From positions 53,612 through 117,611 of the IMG/VR virus record IMGVR_UViG_3300046832_001910: 64,000 nucleotides of DNA. One strand, given 5' to 3'. Below, in pieces: positions 30,103 to 41,259 of the stretch. The first letter of the stretch is position 1, and every line of letters begins with the position of its first letter. The position numbers and the translations under genes are program-made. Below the pieces are notes generated by a model. The model did no database searches. It saw only the letters and a list, made by a program, of their open reading frames with translations, and was not told the DNA's origin. This stretch comes from a virus.

Positions 30103-31155
30103 ATGAATAACACCTATCTAACCTACGATGATATTCAGTTAGTTCCACGTTTTTCTAATGTTAAATCACGTCAAGATATTTCTTTAAGAACAAAACTATC
30201 CAGGAGATATGATCTTTTATTGCCTATCGTGGCATCTCCTATGGATACCGTCTGTGATTCAACAATGGCCATCAAAATGTTTCGTTTAGGTGGCGTTGGA
30301 TGTATTCATAGATTTAATACACCAGAAGAACAGGCCCAATTGGTAAGAGAAACCTGCTATGAAATGTTTGGAGAAAATGGAGAAGGTCATTTATGGTTTG
30401 ATTGGAGTAATGAAGATAACATTCCTATTATGGCTGCAATCGGTGTTAGTGAAGATGATAAGGTAAGAGCAACGTTATTGGATGAAGCAGGTGTAAATGT
30501 TATTCTTATTGATGTTGCTCACGGCGACCACCAAAATGTAATTGATATGATTCATTGGTGCAAACAAAACCTAAGTGAAAGAATTGATATTATTGCAGGA
30601 AATATTGCAACAGCCGAGGCTGCTCAAAGATTACAAGATGCAGGAGCAGATGGTTTAAGAGTAGGTATTGGCGGTGGGTCTTTATGTACTACAAGAATTA
30701 AAACTGGGTTTGGTGTTCCTAATGTAACATGTATTGAAAATATTTCAAAGGTTGCTGAAGTGCCTATTATGGCAGACGGTGGAATCCGAACCAGTGGTGA
30801 TATGGCAAAGGCACTTGCTGTTGGTGCATCTAATGTAATGATAGGTTCACTTATTGCAGGTACTGATGAAGCACCTGGTCAAATAATTGAAAAACCAAAC
30901 GGTCTTTATAAAAGATACCGAGGATCTGCATCATTGGAAACAAAAACTGTTCACGGACAAGCACAAAGAAATGTTGAAGGTGAGTCAACGGTAATCCCAT
31001 ATAAAGGTGGAGTAAAGTTTATCATAAACGGATTAACTGATGGCATCCGTTCTGCTCTATCTTATGCAGGTGCAGATTCACTTAGTCATTATCACCCTGA
31101 TTATGTTATCGTAACTAACTCAGGAATTAACGAAGCAAAACCACATCTATTATGA
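30103..31155 (+). CDS. IMP dehydrogenase / GMP reductase family (no CBS domains)
   Basis: SPMDTV, IDVAHG, GIGGGSLCTTR, ADGGI; ATG 30103. Confidence 0.9.
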   Translation: MNNTYLTYDDIQLVPRFSNVKSRQDISLRTKLSRRYDLLLPIVASPMDTVCDSTMAIKMFRLGGVGCIHRFNTPEEQAQLVRETCYEMFGENGEGHLWFDWSNEDNIPIMAAIGVSEDDKVRATLLDEAGVNVILIDVAHGDHQNVIDMIHWCKQNLSERIDIIAGNIATAEAAQRLQDAGADGLRVGIGGGSLCTTRIKTGFGVPNVTCIENISKVAEVPIMADGGIRTSGDMAKALAVGASNVMIGSLIAGTDEAPGQIIEKPNGLYKRYRGSASLETKTVHGQAQRNVEGESTVIPYKGGVKFIINGLTDGIRSALSYAGADSLSHYHPDYVIVTNSGINEAKPHLL

Positions 31156-31442
31156 ATTTAATTCACAAGATTACATCAACAAAAGAAAAGACATTAAACA
31201 TTTATCTAGATGATTCTTTTATAACGGTACATCACTTAGGGATATATGAAGATATTAAGTGGTATACATGGTCTTCATGGGGTCCAACTGAAGGTCTTTT
31301 TCCTGATTATGATAGTCATTTAGTAACAGAGGAAAAGATTATAGAGCGTCTTTCTTTACTGTCTGACTTAAAAGATAATCAGAAATTCAACCCTGAAGAA
31401 ATTCATGCAATTAATCTCTTTTTTGGTAAAGTAATACTATGA
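31152..31442 (+). CDS. hypothetical protein
   Basis: Overlapping operon ORF. Confidence 0.55.
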   Translation: MNLIHKITSTKEKTLNIYLDDSFITVHHLGIYEDIKWYTWSSWGPTEGLFPDYDSHLVTEEKIIERLSLLSDLKDNQKFNPEEIHAINLFFGKVIL

Positions 31443-31651
31443 GTAATCCTAAAGATTTTCTAGATGAATTTCATTATCATGAGGCATTAGATAGAGTTCA
31501 TCTAATTGCAACAATTATAGATGATCATCTTATACAACATCCGGTGTGTAAGATAGATAAAGAAGTTGCAAAACCTATTGAAGAAGCTTTAGTACTTCTT
31601 GCCGAGGCATATCAGATAATAGGAGGCAAACATTTTAATAAAGAAAAGTAA
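31439..31651 (+). CDS. hypothetical protein
   Basis: HYHEALDR motif; operon ORF. Confidence 0.6.
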   Translation: MSNPKDFLDEFHYHEALDRVHLIATIIDDHLIQHPVCKIDKEVAKPIEEALVLLAEAYQIIGGKHFNKEK

Positions 31652-31653
31652 AT

Positions 31654-33510
31654 ATGACAAATTCAAGATCAAATGTGGTTAAGATGACTGAACATGAGTT
31701 TATGTCCCAGTTATCGCAAACACCTTTTGCAAAACCTAAAATTGCTTTAGGATTTTCGGTAGGACACGATAAAGGGGCAGTTCTTATCATCAATGGTAAA
31801 ATTGCAGTTGGAATATCAGAAGAAAGACTATCAAGAATCAAACATGATAGACCGTGGAACTATAATCTTCCTCTTGCATCAATTAATTATTGTTTAGATT
31901 ATGCAGGTATAGGTTATGATGATGTTGATATTTATGCATATAATACGGCTGAGGTTGGCTCTCAACCTATTGAAGACATTAAAAATGAATTTCATATATT
32001 TTTAAGACAACCTTTAGATAAATTGAAATTCTTAAATCATCATGAGGCACATGCATATTCAACATTCTTTAGTTCAGGTTTAACTGAAGCCGCAGTAGTT
32101 GTTGCCGATGCAAACGGTAATGGAATCATTCCAGGAACACCTGCATATGAAAAACTTGCAAAGAATCATCCTAAGTATTTAGAAGAATTACCTAAAGGTC
32201 GATTCTGGGCGGAAGGTACTTCAATATATCATTTTACTCTTGATGGGTTTACAGAATTAGAAAAGGATTTTGTTTTACAACCACATCCATCGGTTGATGA
32301 TTATAAGGTTAATGAAAGATATAACATTGGCCACGTTTATGCTTTTGCTACAATGAAACTTGTGTATAAGTATAATGAAAAAGATCCTAATAAAAATTGG
32401 CCAGCATCAAGTGCAGGAAAGCTTATGGGATTGGCATCTTTTGGAAATAAAGGATGGGTAGAAACTCAACCTTACTTATGTGAATACGATGATGTAAATC
32501 ATACCTTTACAAATAAGGCTGGTTACATTCACTCTGTTTATCCTGGGGTAAATATAGATTCAAATTTTGCTGAACGAGCAAATGTAGCTGCAGTGTTTCA
32601 ACGTGAACAAGAGAGAATGTCGCTATCGCTTGCCAAGAGAGCCAAAAAATTATCAAGATCAAAAAACATCTGTTTATCAGGTGGATCTTTCCTAAACTGT
32701 AATTCTAATGAAATCATAATTAATAGCGGTGAATTTGATAATTGTTATTTTGTACCACCTGCTGATGATAGTGGTATTCCATTAGGCTGTGCATGGTTTG
32801 CATATCAACAAATATCAAAAATTACTGAGAATGTATTTCTTTCACCCTATTTAGGAAAGAGTTACACTTCACTTGAAACGGAAAAGGATTTTCAGAAGTT
32901 TCTTAGAGAATACCCTGATGCAATAAATTACATTACAATCTTTGATCATGATGATCAAGAAGTCTTGGTTACCCATATTACCGATTTACTTAATAGTAAT
33001 AAAGTTGTAGGAATGCATAGAGAAGGATCTGAAATTGGTCCTAGGGCTTTAGGTAATCGTTCAATCTTAGCATCTCCTATTATGCCGTGGATGCAGAATT
33101 ATGTAAATATGCATGTTAAGAATAGAGAATGGTTTAGACCGTTTGCACCTTCGGTGTTATCAGAAAGAGTATCTGATATCTTTGATATTAGTGCATTCTC
33201 ACCTTATATGTTGGTTACATGTAATGTTAAAGAAAAATGGCGTTCAAAGATTCCTGCTGTAGTTCATATTGATAACACATCAAGAATACAGGCAGTAAGA
33301 AAAGATATTAATCCATTCTATCATAGGCTTATAACAAAATTTGAAGAGTGGACTGGAGTCCCAGTAATTCTTAATACATCATTTAACGGAGCTCACGAAC
33401 CTATGGTTGAAACACCATACGATGCAATGAAAACATTTTGGACCTGTAACCTGGATGCAGTATGTATAGGAAGTAAATTAATTGTTAGAAATTCTTATTT
33501 TAATCAATGA
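31654..33510 (+). CDS. NodU/CmcH-family carbamoyltransferase
   Basis: HD, EERLSRIKH, HHEAHA, GKLMGLA, GPRALGNRSIL, KNREWFRPFAP, LNTSFN. Confidence 0.9.
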   Translation: MTNSRSNVVKMTEHEFMSQLSQTPFAKPKIALGFSVGHDKGAVLIINGKIAVGISEERLSRIKHDRPWNYNLPLASINYCLDYAGIGYDDVDIYAYNTAEVGSQPIEDIKNEFHIFLRQPLDKLKFLNHHEAHAYSTFFSSGLTEAAVVVADANGNGIIPGTPAYEKLAKNHPKYLEELPKGRFWAEGTSIYHFTLDGFTELEKDFVLQPHPSVDDYKVNERYNIGHVYAFATMKLVYKYNEKDPNKNWPASSAGKLMGLASFGNKGWVETQPYLCEYDDVNHTFTNKAGYIHSVYPGVNIDSNFAERANVAAVFQREQERMSLSLAKRAKKLSRSKNICLSGGSFLNCNSNEIIINSGEFDNCYFVPPADDSGIPLGCAWFAYQQISKITENVFLSPYLGKSYTSLETEKDFQKFLREYPDAINYITIFDHDDQEVLVTHITDLLNSNKVVGMHREGSEIGPRALGNRSILASPIMPWMQNYVNMHVKNREWFRPFAPSVLSERVSDIFDISAFSPYMLVTCNVKEKWRSKIPAVVHIDNTSRIQAVRKDINPFYHRLITKFEEWTGVPVILNTSFNGAHEPMVETPYDAMKTFWTCNLDAVCIGSKLIVRNSYFNQ

Positions 33511-33695
33511 GAAAGTTTATAGAATTTACTCTTATTTGGATAAGTCAAAATATGGCTATTCCTTTTTGGATGGTAGGACATATACATTTAATGACTTCCG
33601 TATATGAAGACATCCATGAAGTAATAATGAGTTTAGGAATGAATATTATTGTAGGAGTAGGGTTCTATTTAGATTGGAGAAAAACAAAAAAATGA
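33507..33695 (+). CDS. small membrane protein
   Basis: Hydrophobic 62-aa ORF. Confidence 0.6.
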   Translation: MRKFIEFTLIWISQNMAIPFWMVGHIHLMTSVYEDIHEVIMSLGMNIIVGVGFYLDWRKTKK

Positions 33696-34900
33696 ATAAC
33701 TTAGATAAGCAATATCAAGATCTACTTAAGACCATTTTAGAACATGGTGTAGAGAAAGGGGATCGTACTGGAGTTGGAACAAAGAGTATCTTTGGTTACA
33801 CTATCAGACATAATATGCAAGATGGGTTTCCTCTTCTTACAACTAAAAAGATGGCATGGAAACAAATCGTAACCGAATTAGTTTGGTTCTTGCGTGGAGA
33901 CACAAACATTAAATTCCTTATTGACAATAATTGTCATATTTGGGATGGTGATGCTTACCAAGCCTATATTAAAAGATATAATAAAGGTGAATATGTTGGT
34001 AAAACCAAATTATTAGAGAATTCTAAGAAAAATAGAACATTAACTGAACCATTTACAATAGAAGAATTCATTGACAAAATCAAAACCGATGATGAGTTTG
34101 CTAAGAAGTGGGGTGAATTAGGTCCAATTTACGGTGCACAGTGGAGAGATTGGGGAAGCGAGGTAGAGTTTGGCCAAGGTGAAAGCGTGTTATATGGTGG
34201 AATTGACCAAATTCAAAACCTAATTAATGATCTTAAAACAAACCCAGACTCAAGAAGATTAATGGTTAATGCTTGGAATGTTAAAGAATTAGACCAAATG
34301 GTTCTTCCACCCTGTCATTATGGGTTTCAAGTTTATACTAGAAAAACTACCAGAGAAGAAAAAATAGTTAATCCTGGAAAATATAGAGCAATCTCATTAA
34401 TGTGGAATCAACGTTCAGTGGATACATTCTTAGGTTTACCGTTTAACATTGCTTCTTATGGTCTTTTATTAGAGATTATTGCCAAAGCAGTCAATATGGT
34501 TCCAGATCAATTAATTGGTAACTTAGGTGATACTCACATTTACTTAAATCATATAGATGCAGTTAAAGAACAGATAGGTAGAGAAATGACCTGGGAAGAA
34601 CAAGTTCAATGGGTCATGAAAAATACTGATGTTGAATTAGAAAATCTCTACATAGTAGAAGAAATTGCTAAAGACTCTACCCCAAAGCATACAAGACAAC
34701 CTTATCCTCTACCAAAGTTAAATATTAATACTGAATGGTGGCCAACTGAAAGTGGCGAATGTGGTGAAGGTCCTATTGATGCATTAGGTGTTTTTAGAAG
34801 CTTTTCAGATATTAATTTCTGTAAGTGCCTAATAGAGGAAGATATTCAATTAGGTAAGTATAAATGCCATCCTACAATTAAAGCACCGTTAAATAATTAA
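33692..34900 (+). CDS. thyA: thymidylate synthase
   Basis: DRTGVGT, FPLLTTKK, SRRL, LPPCH, QRSVD, GLPFN, HIYLNH. Confidence 0.93.
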   Translation: MNNLDKQYQDLLKTILEHGVEKGDRTGVGTKSIFGYTIRHNMQDGFPLLTTKKMAWKQIVTELVWFLRGDTNIKFLIDNNCHIWDGDAYQAYIKRYNKGEYVGKTKLLENSKKNRTLTEPFTIEEFIDKIKTDDEFAKKWGELGPIYGAQWRDWGSEVEFGQGESVLYGGIDQIQNLINDLKTNPDSRRLMVNAWNVKELDQMVLPPCHYGFQVYTRKTTREEKIVNPGKYRAISLMWNQRSVDTFLGLPFNIASYGLLLEIIAKAVNMVPDQLIGNLGDTHIYLNHIDAVKEQIGREMTWEEQVQWVMKNTDVELENLYIVEEIAKDSTPKHTRQPYPLPKLNINTEWWPTESGECGEGPIDALGVFRSFSDINFCKCLIEEDIQLGKYKCHPTIKAPLNN

Positions 34901-34901
34901 T

Positions 34902-35879
34902 ATGAGACCAGAACTTTTAGGAATACATACAGCATATACCCCAACAAATAGAAGAGGTACCGCAAAGATCCATCACATGATGAGATTTGAATCATTAACC
35001 ATGATACTTTCTTGTTTATTTTGGAAAAAGCTACAAGGACCTATAAAGTTATATTGTGATAAAGATTTTTATCATTACATAAAAGTATTAGGTATTGATA
35101 GTTTATGGGATGAAATTGATACAACTACAATATCAAAAGGTTTTGCAAATAATGTTAATCATGATACATTTTGGGCATATGCAAAAATGTATGTTAACTC
35201 ATTACAGAAGACACCGTTTGTAAGTGTTGATTTAGATCTTTATCAGGATCAATATTATGATTATAGTACTCATGATATTATATGTTCTCATATAGAACTT
35301 TCCGATGCTGACCAGGATATGATAGGAAATAAAACTCGTTCTGTTTACTATCCAAATTATTTTGAATGGGATATGTTTAAGGAAAGATTTTCAAAATTTC
35401 CAGATCTTAAGTTTACAAACTACTCTTTAAATGTTGCTATGTTAGCAGTTAATAAACCTGAGTTCTCTAAAGAAGTTTTTGAGGTAGCAAAATCTTTTGC
35501 CAAAAATAACAATTTTGATCCTCAAGATATTACTACACATGGCTATGAAAGACTGATGTACACAATTCATTCGTCTTCCTTAATAACATTTATTGAACAA
35601 AGAATAGCTGCAGCTGTTGCAAATACAAAAGGTTATAGTGTAAAGACCTTAATGAATTTAGAATATGATGCAGGTAAACAAGGGTGGGTAGGCGATGTTA
35701 ATAAAATGAATAATCCAGGCATTACACATCTATGGGGTTGGAAAGCAACAATGAGAATGCCACAAAATAATCAGGCAAGAATTGATCTAACTCGTGAATT
35801 AGATAGGCAGTTTATTGAGAACTTTCCCGCTGAATATGAAAAGCATATGCCTAGTATCTGGAGATACTGTAACGAATAA
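34902..35879 (+). CDS. putative glycosyltransferase-fold protein
   Basis: FWAYAK..PFVSVDLD (DxD), EQ, THLWG. Confidence 0.55.
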   Translation: MRPELLGIHTAYTPTNRRGTAKIHHMMRFESLTMILSCLFWKKLQGPIKLYCDKDFYHYIKVLGIDSLWDEIDTTTISKGFANNVNHDTFWAYAKMYVNSLQKTPFVSVDLDLYQDQYYDYSTHDIICSHIELSDADQDMIGNKTRSVYYPNYFEWDMFKERFSKFPDLKFTNYSLNVAMLAVNKPEFSKEVFEVAKSFAKNNNFDPQDITTHGYERLMYTIHSSSLITFIEQRIAAAVANTKGYSVKTLMNLEYDAGKQGWVGDVNKMNNPGITHLWGWKATMRMPQNNQARIDLTRELDRQFIENFPAEYEKHMPSIWRYCNE

Positions 35880-35903
35880 ACAATTAGGAAAAACTACATA
35901 TAA
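35878..35903 (+). promoter_or_regulatory. class II promoter
   Basis: AAAC-N17-TATAA. Confidence 0.6.
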
Positions 35904-35917
35904 AAATAAAATAAACT

Positions 35918-36898
35918 ATGCATTCGTGTTCAATTGAAAATGTTAAGTTTTACTTAGATGAAAATGAATATATTTCATACGAGTCTTACTTATTACGTGG
36001 ATGGGTATTTGGTGAAGAGATCAAAATAGAAGACTTACGATTAGTTTCTTCTGATAGAAAAACTGTTTATGATGCTAACATCAAGTATCCTATTTTAAGA
36101 TCTGATGTTGGTACCTTTTATCCAGACTTTACTCCAAATTCAAGTAATTCTGGCTTTCAAATAACCTTTAAGTCAGGAGTTGGTGACCAAGTTATTCTTG
36201 AAGCAAAGATAAAAAATAAATGGGTTTTATGTGAAACGATTAATATCATGCCTAATCGTATTATTACACCTGAAACTTTAACTCGTGTAAACCCAGAATC
36301 ATATCCTGCTGTGGTTGCTGTTGATAACTTTTATGAAAATCCTGATATCATCAGGGAATTGGCATTAGGCTTAGAATTTAATCCTAGTGGATATCATAAA
36401 GGTAAAAGAACAGAATTAAAGTACATCATTGATGGCACACGTGAAAAGATAGAACAGATCTTAGGAAAGAAGATTCGTAATTGGAGTAGTCAGCCGCATA
36501 ATGGAGTATTTCAATATTGTACACCAGCCGATCCTATTGTGTATCATGCAGATTCGCAAAGATATGCAGCCGTCGTATTTTTAACACCTGATGCACCACC
36601 TGAGGCAGGAACTTCTTTTTATAGACATAGAAAGGAAAGATGGTTAGATAAAGATCCTGCAAGATATACCATGTGGAAGAATGAAGAGCATATGAGGATC
36701 GTTAGAGAAGCCCTTATGGGTAAAGAACACGATGACTTCCTAGATCCTTCTAGATGGGAAGAAGTAGATAGAATAGGAAATAAGTATAATCGTTTTGCTA
36801 TGTGGGATGCTACATTAATTCACTCTGCAACATCATATTTCGGAAAGTCTAAAGAAAACGGTAGATTATTTCATATGTTTTTCTTTGACGCATATTAA
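35918..36898 (+). CDS. 2OG-Fe(II) oxygenase with N-terminal beta domain
   Basis: [16 protein letters not shown], distal HSA, RL..FF. Confidence 0.75.
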   Translation: MHSCSIENVKFYLDENEYISYESYLLRGWVFGEEIKIEDLRLVSSDRKTVYDANIKYPILRSDVGTFYPDFTPNSSNSGFQITFKSGVGDQVILEAKIKNKWVLCETINIMPNRIITPETLTRVNPESYPAVVAVDNFYENPDIIRELALGLEFNPSGYHKGKRTELKYIIDGTREKIEQILGKKIRNWSSQPHNGVFQYCTPADPIVYHADSQRYAAVVFLTPDAPPEAGTSFYRHRKERWLDKDPARYTMWKNEEHMRIVREALMGKEHDDFLDPSRWEEVDRIGNKYNRFAMWDATLIHSATSYFGKSKENGRLFHMFFFDAY

Positions 36899-36903
36899 TA
36901 AAC

Positions 36904-37377
36904 ATGGACATTTTTAATCATCCTCAATTACAAATTGACAGCTGCGGCAATCACTATGTTTCAAACACTAGGCTTGATGGTCTTATACCTAATGCAATAG
37001 AGGTTGGTGAAAACCTGATATCAGCTACAGGTTCCTGGATACTATCACATGACTCTTCATTAACTAATCATATAGGTAAGGTTGCAGTTAAAAAAACGGT
37101 AATTGGAAATAATGTTTTCATTGGTTTAAATGCAATTATTATGCCTGGTGTAATTGTAGGAGATGGCTCTATCATTGGAGCAGGTTCAGTTGTAACAAAA
37201 AATGTTGAACCATACACTGTCGTTGCAGGAAATCCTGCAAAATTTATTTGCATGGTAAAAGATTACATAGAAAAAGTATCTTCTAGGTCAATTATTGTAG
37301 ATGCTGTAGAGTTTCCAATCACTGAAGATTCTGTGAATAGCTTTAGACAAAAATGGTTAGACTTATCAAACAAATAA
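36904..37377 (+). CDS. hexapeptide acyltransferase
   Basis: [21 protein letters not shown]. Confidence 0.85.
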   Translation: MDIFNHPQLQIDSCGNHYVSNTRLDGLIPNAIEVGENLISATGSWILSHDSSLTNHIGKVAVKKTVIGNNVFIGLNAIIMPGVIVGDGSIIGAGSVVTKNVEPYTVVAGNPAKFICMVKDYIEKVSSRSIIVDAVEFPITEDSVNSFRQKWLDLSNK

Positions 37378-37406
37378 AACTAATATAAATATTTTAACAT
37401 AACACT

Positions 37407-38666
37407 ATGAAATTTAGCATAATAACACCCACCCACCGCCCAACATATATCGGTGAATTATATCAATCCATAAAAGAACAAACATATAAAGATTGGGAAT
37501 GGATTCTACATCTTAACGGTAATGTTACTAAAAACGATTTACCTAATGAAATCTTATCTGATAAAAAAGTAAAGATCTTTATTGATAGTAAATGTGAGTT
37601 AAGTCCTAATGTAGGTTATCAGAAGAATAAAGCATTCCATTTAGGAAAGGGTGATGTTTTAGTAGAAGTTGATCACGATGATATTCTTTTACCTAATTGT
37701 TTAGAAGAATTGGCAATAGCATATAAAGAAAACCCCGATGTTGGTTTTGTTTATAGTGATGATGCAATTTTAGGCGATAATGTTTTACCCTTTAATGCTG
37801 CAATGGGTTGGACTTATAATGAGTTTGATTGGAAAGGTAAAAAACTGATTGCACATGAAGGCTTCCCTGCAGATGGTGGTGCCGTATCAATGATTTATTA
37901 TGCACCTGACCATGTCCGAAGTTGGAGAGCAGATGTATATCGCCAGGTAGGTGGCCATGATGTAAATCTTTCTATTCTTGATGATCAGGATCTAATGATA
38001 AGAACCTATCTTGTAACAAAGTTTTATCATATCAAAAAGGTACTTTACATTTACAGAGTACATGGAGATAATACATGGCTTGAAAGAAATAAAGCAATCC
38101 AAGATGGAACTTGGCAAATGTTCAATCAATGGCAACAGAGATTAGCTGAAAGGGATGCCGATTTACGTGGACTTAGAAAAATTGATATTGGTGGTGGACT
38201 CTATCCTAGAGAAGGATACGAATCTGTTGATATTGCAAATGGAGACATTACAGCTGACTTAAATAAAAAATGGCCTTTTAAAGATGGGGAGATTGGTGTT
38301 ATTAATGCATCACATGTTATTGAACACTTAGTTGATAAACACCATACAATGTCCGAATTACATCGTGTTCTTGCTGATGGTGCATGGGCATTTATTGAAG
38401 TTCCATCAACTGATGGTAGAGGAGCATGGCAAGATCCAACTCACGTAAGTTTTTGGAATCAAAATAGTTTTTGGTATTATACTAGACAACAGCAAATGGA
38501 CTACATTTATAATAAAGATGTTAAGTTTCAGGCAAGAGACTTGCAAACTGCATATCCTAATCAGTTCTTTGCTGATAATAACATTTATGTAACCCGTGCC
38601 TGGTTAAGAGCAGTTAAGAGTTCAAACAGAAAGAACTATCCAGGCGAACTATTATGTGACTTATGA
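37407..38666 (+). CDS. GT2 glycosyltransferase fused to SAM methyltransferase
   Basis: FSIITPT, VDHDD, DDQDL; then IDIGGG, SHVIEH, DPTH. Confidence 0.85.
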   Translation: MKFSIITPTHRPTYIGELYQSIKEQTYKDWEWILHLNGNVTKNDLPNEILSDKKVKIFIDSKCELSPNVGYQKNKAFHLGKGDVLVEVDHDDILLPNCLEELAIAYKENPDVGFVYSDDAILGDNVLPFNAAMGWTYNEFDWKGKKLIAHEGFPADGGAVSMIYYAPDHVRSWRADVYRQVGGHDVNLSILDDQDLMIRTYLVTKFYHIKKVLYIYRVHGDNTWLERNKAIQDGTWQMFNQWQQRLAERDADLRGLRKIDIGGGLYPREGYESVDIANGDITADLNKKWPFKDGEIGVINASHVIEHLVDKHHTMSELHRVLADGAWAFIEVPSTDGRGAWQDPTHVSFWNQNSFWYYTRQQQMDYIYNKDVKFQARDLQTAYPNQFFADNNIYVTRAWLRAVKSSNRKNYPGELLCDL

Positions 38667-38938
38667 AAAAAGTAGCAGGTATGTTAGTACTGTCGATTCT
38701 ATTCCTTTCTTGTAAAAATAAGGGTATAAAATATAAGTACAAAATTAAAGGTCAAGTTCCAGTTATGATCAAAAGACAAGTTGATTGGAATGAAGTAAAT
38801 GTAACACAAGAACTTCGACCAGCAATCGCATATACCGATACAATATACGGCATGAATAAAGATTCAATCTGGTATTATAATACCGACGGATCTAAGTTAA
38901 CCCTATTTAAGCCGTATACTGTAAGTTCATTGAAATAA
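38663..38938 (+). CDS. lipoprotein
   Basis: Lipobox LFLS-C followed by KNK. Confidence 0.65.
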   Translation: MKKVAGMLVLSILFLSCKNKGIKYKYKIKGQVPVMIKRQVDWNEVNVTQELRPAIAYTDTIYGMNKDSIWYYNTDGSKLTLFKPYTVSSLK

Positions 38939-39098
38939 TTATGAAAAGACGTGGCTTCTTAGGAATATCTGCAATCGGTTGGTTTTGGCTGATTGGGACT
39001 TGCCTCAGTATATCATTCTGGGTTTGGTTAATAAGATTGTTTCTCTAAAACTTTCAGAAATGCCATTCCTTGTTTATATTTTATTAAACATAGAATAA

Positions 39099-40037
39099 AT
39101 GGCTACTAATTTAGGATATTGCTGTATCAACCTAAATCTTCGTCCAAAGAGGATTTCAGTAAACAACAGCTGCATACGTCGTACGTATGACGAGAAAGGT
39201 TTAGAACATGTAAGTCAATTGGCTTTACTTAATGCTCGTAACCTTGTAGAGATTATCAAATGGAATGAGCAGAATGGCTTCAAGGTTTACCGGATGTCAT
39301 CTGATATGTTTCCTTGGATGTCCGAATACGAAATCAAAGATCTACCAGATTATCGTAAAATTTCAATTATGCTTCGCGGAGCAGGCAATCTTGCCCTTAA
39401 GTACGGACAGAGGTTATCATTTCATCCAGGACCATTCAATGTTCTAGGATCTCCTAATCCTACTCTGGTCCGCAAAACAATCAAAGAACTTAATCAACAT
39501 GCCGAGATCATGGATCTAATGGGTCTCCCCCAATCTCACCTGTATCCTATTAACATCCACTGTAACGGTGTATATAACAGTAAGATAGATACACTGTCTA
39601 GATGGGCGAGTAACTATCAGCTACTCTCGGATTCTGCAAGGTCTCGCCTAGTGGTCGAAAATGATGACAAGGGGAGTATGTATTCTGTCCAGGATTTATA
39701 TGACGGAATCTTTTCAAAAGTAAAAGTTCCTATTACCTTTGACTACCATCACCACCGCTTCAATGATGGTGGTCTTTCCGAACAAGAAGCATTTGAGTTG
39801 GCAATGTCTACTTGGCATTATCACGGCCAAAAACCATTATTTCATTATTCATCATGTCGTCGTACCTTTGAAAACAATGAAGCCAAGGCACAAGCACATG
39901 CTGACTTTATATACGAAAGAATAGATGACTATGGCCATGATGTTGATATTGAGGTTGAAGCAAAAGCCAAAGAAGTTGCTGTACTTAAGTACATTGAAAC
40001 ACAGGAAACCCTTTTAACTGAATACTTACCTTTTTAA
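39099..40037 (+). CDS. uvsE: UV damage endonuclease
   Basis: LGYCCIN, YRMSSD, RLSFHPG, ENDD, FDYHHH, EAKAKE. Confidence 0.92.
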   Translation: MATNLGYCCINLNLRPKRISVNNSCIRRTYDEKGLEHVSQLALLNARNLVEIIKWNEQNGFKVYRMSSDMFPWMSEYEIKDLPDYRKISIMLRGAGNLALKYGQRLSFHPGPFNVLGSPNPTLVRKTIKELNQHAEIMDLMGLPQSHLYPINIHCNGVYNSKIDTLSRWASNYQLLSDSARSRLVVENDDKGSMYSVQDLYDGIFSKVKVPITFDYHHHRFNDGGLSEQEAFELAMSTWHYHGQKPLFHYSSCRRTFENNEAKAQAHADFIYERIDDYGHDVDIEVEAKAKEVAVLKYIETQETLLTEYLPF

Positions 40038-40040
40038 TTT

Positions 40041-40490
40041 ATGTTTATGAAAAAACTTTTAAGTAATCGTCAATTTCATCCAGTCAAAAGACTGTTACAG
40101 AAAATTGCAATTAAAGCCATTAAGATAACAGACCCTAACCGGTTGGATAAAACTCATGGAGATTACGAACATGAAGCAATTTCAATCTGTAAAAAATTGA
40201 TAGCAAAACCAGAGACTCTTTTGCTAATATCACCTATTTCAGGTAAGAGATACATTAGAAGTGAAGATAAACAACTTTCAATCATTATTCAAAATTATGA
40301 GGTTACCATTGTTAATCATTCATACAGCTATGATATTAAAATTGAACCTAAGGCATATTCAAAGATATCAAATATTTTTGATCATGAAGTTGAAAAGCGT
40401 AGGATGGAAATGGAAAATGAAATTCGTTCAAATGTGAAACATTCATTAAGTAACATATATAAAAATATAACCAAGTATGAAAATGCTTAA
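40041..40490 (+). CDS. hypothetical protein
   Basis: Operon ORF. Confidence 0.65.
   Translation: MFMKKLLSNRQFHPVKRLLQKIAIKAIKITDPNRLDKTHGDYEHEAISICKKLIAKPETLLLISPISGKRYIRSEDKQLSIIIQNYEVTIVNHSYSYDIKIEPKAYSKISNIFDHEVEKRRMEMENEIRSNVKHSLSNIYKNITKYENA
40437..40462 (+). promoter_or_regulatory. class II promoter
   Basis: AAAC-N17-TATAA. Confidence 0.5.
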
Positions 40491-40502
40491 TACTTACTAA
40501 AA

Positions 40503-40751
40503 ATGAATACATTTAGGACTTTATTTTACGTAGGAGCTTCTATTGCAGGAGTTATGGTTTTCTTATTAATAGTTCCTATTGTTTGGACTATGAGAGATAA
40601 TACTCCTATAATTAAGAAGAGTAAGGAAAGTCACATTGTTTATGATACGGTTAAGGTTAATAAGACTGTGTATGATACTGTTGTGATAAAGATCTATGAA
40701 AAAATTCCTAACACCGACAGCGGTACACAAAGAAACACTGATACATTATGA
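40503..40751 (+). CDS. membrane-anchored protein
   Basis: TM then VYDTV repeats. Confidence 0.6.
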   Translation: MNTFRTLFYVGASIAGVMVFLLIVPIVWTMRDNTPIIKKSKESHIVYDTVKVNKTVYDTVVIKIYEKIPNTDSGTQRNTDTL

Positions 40752-41245
40752 AAGCAATTTGGAAAGAAATAAGATGGTTTTACAGACAATGTAAAAGATC
40801 TTTTGGATATGCTAAAAAGGCATGGGGCGGATACGATTGGGATTATCGTTATTCTATTGATATGTTCTCTTATAGCCTAGAGCGTCTTGCTAAAAGTCTT
40901 GATTCTCCTGATGCATTTTCAGAAAGAGGTACCGCTGATGCACAAAGAATTCGTACCATCATTAAGCTCATGAATAAAGTGTATGATGAAGAGTATGCAC
41001 TTGAGTACCAAGATAAAATGAAAGAGCTTTATGGTGAAGATATTTTAGATATTGAATTTGTACCGTATGAAGACAATCCTAAAGAGTATTACTCAATAAA
41101 GCATAAATATTCAGGCTGGGATAACGAAAAAGAGATTGAAGAAATGCAAAGTAAACTATTCCTAGAATCTCATGAAAAACAGGAAAAAGCTCATCGCATT
41201 CTATGGGCAATGATTGAGCATAGAATCCGCTATTGGTGGGACTAA
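40748..41245 (+). CDS. hypothetical protein (DWDY..WWD family)
   Basis: Ends in WWD, as recalled for other phage proteins. Confidence 0.65.
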   Translation: MKAIWKEIRWFYRQCKRSFGYAKKAWGGYDWDYRYSIDMFSYSLERLAKSLDSPDAFSERGTADAQRIRTIIKLMNKVYDEEYALEYQDKMKELYGEDILDIEFVPYEDNPKEYYSIKHKYSGWDNEKEIEEMQSKLFLESHEKQEKAHRILWAMIEHRIRYWWD

Positions 41246-41259
41246 AATAAATATCATAT

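Noticed and set aside
33692-34900. Intron or intein in the long thyA
   Set aside because: The frame is continuous; insertions are short with no intein termini or homing endonuclease motifs.
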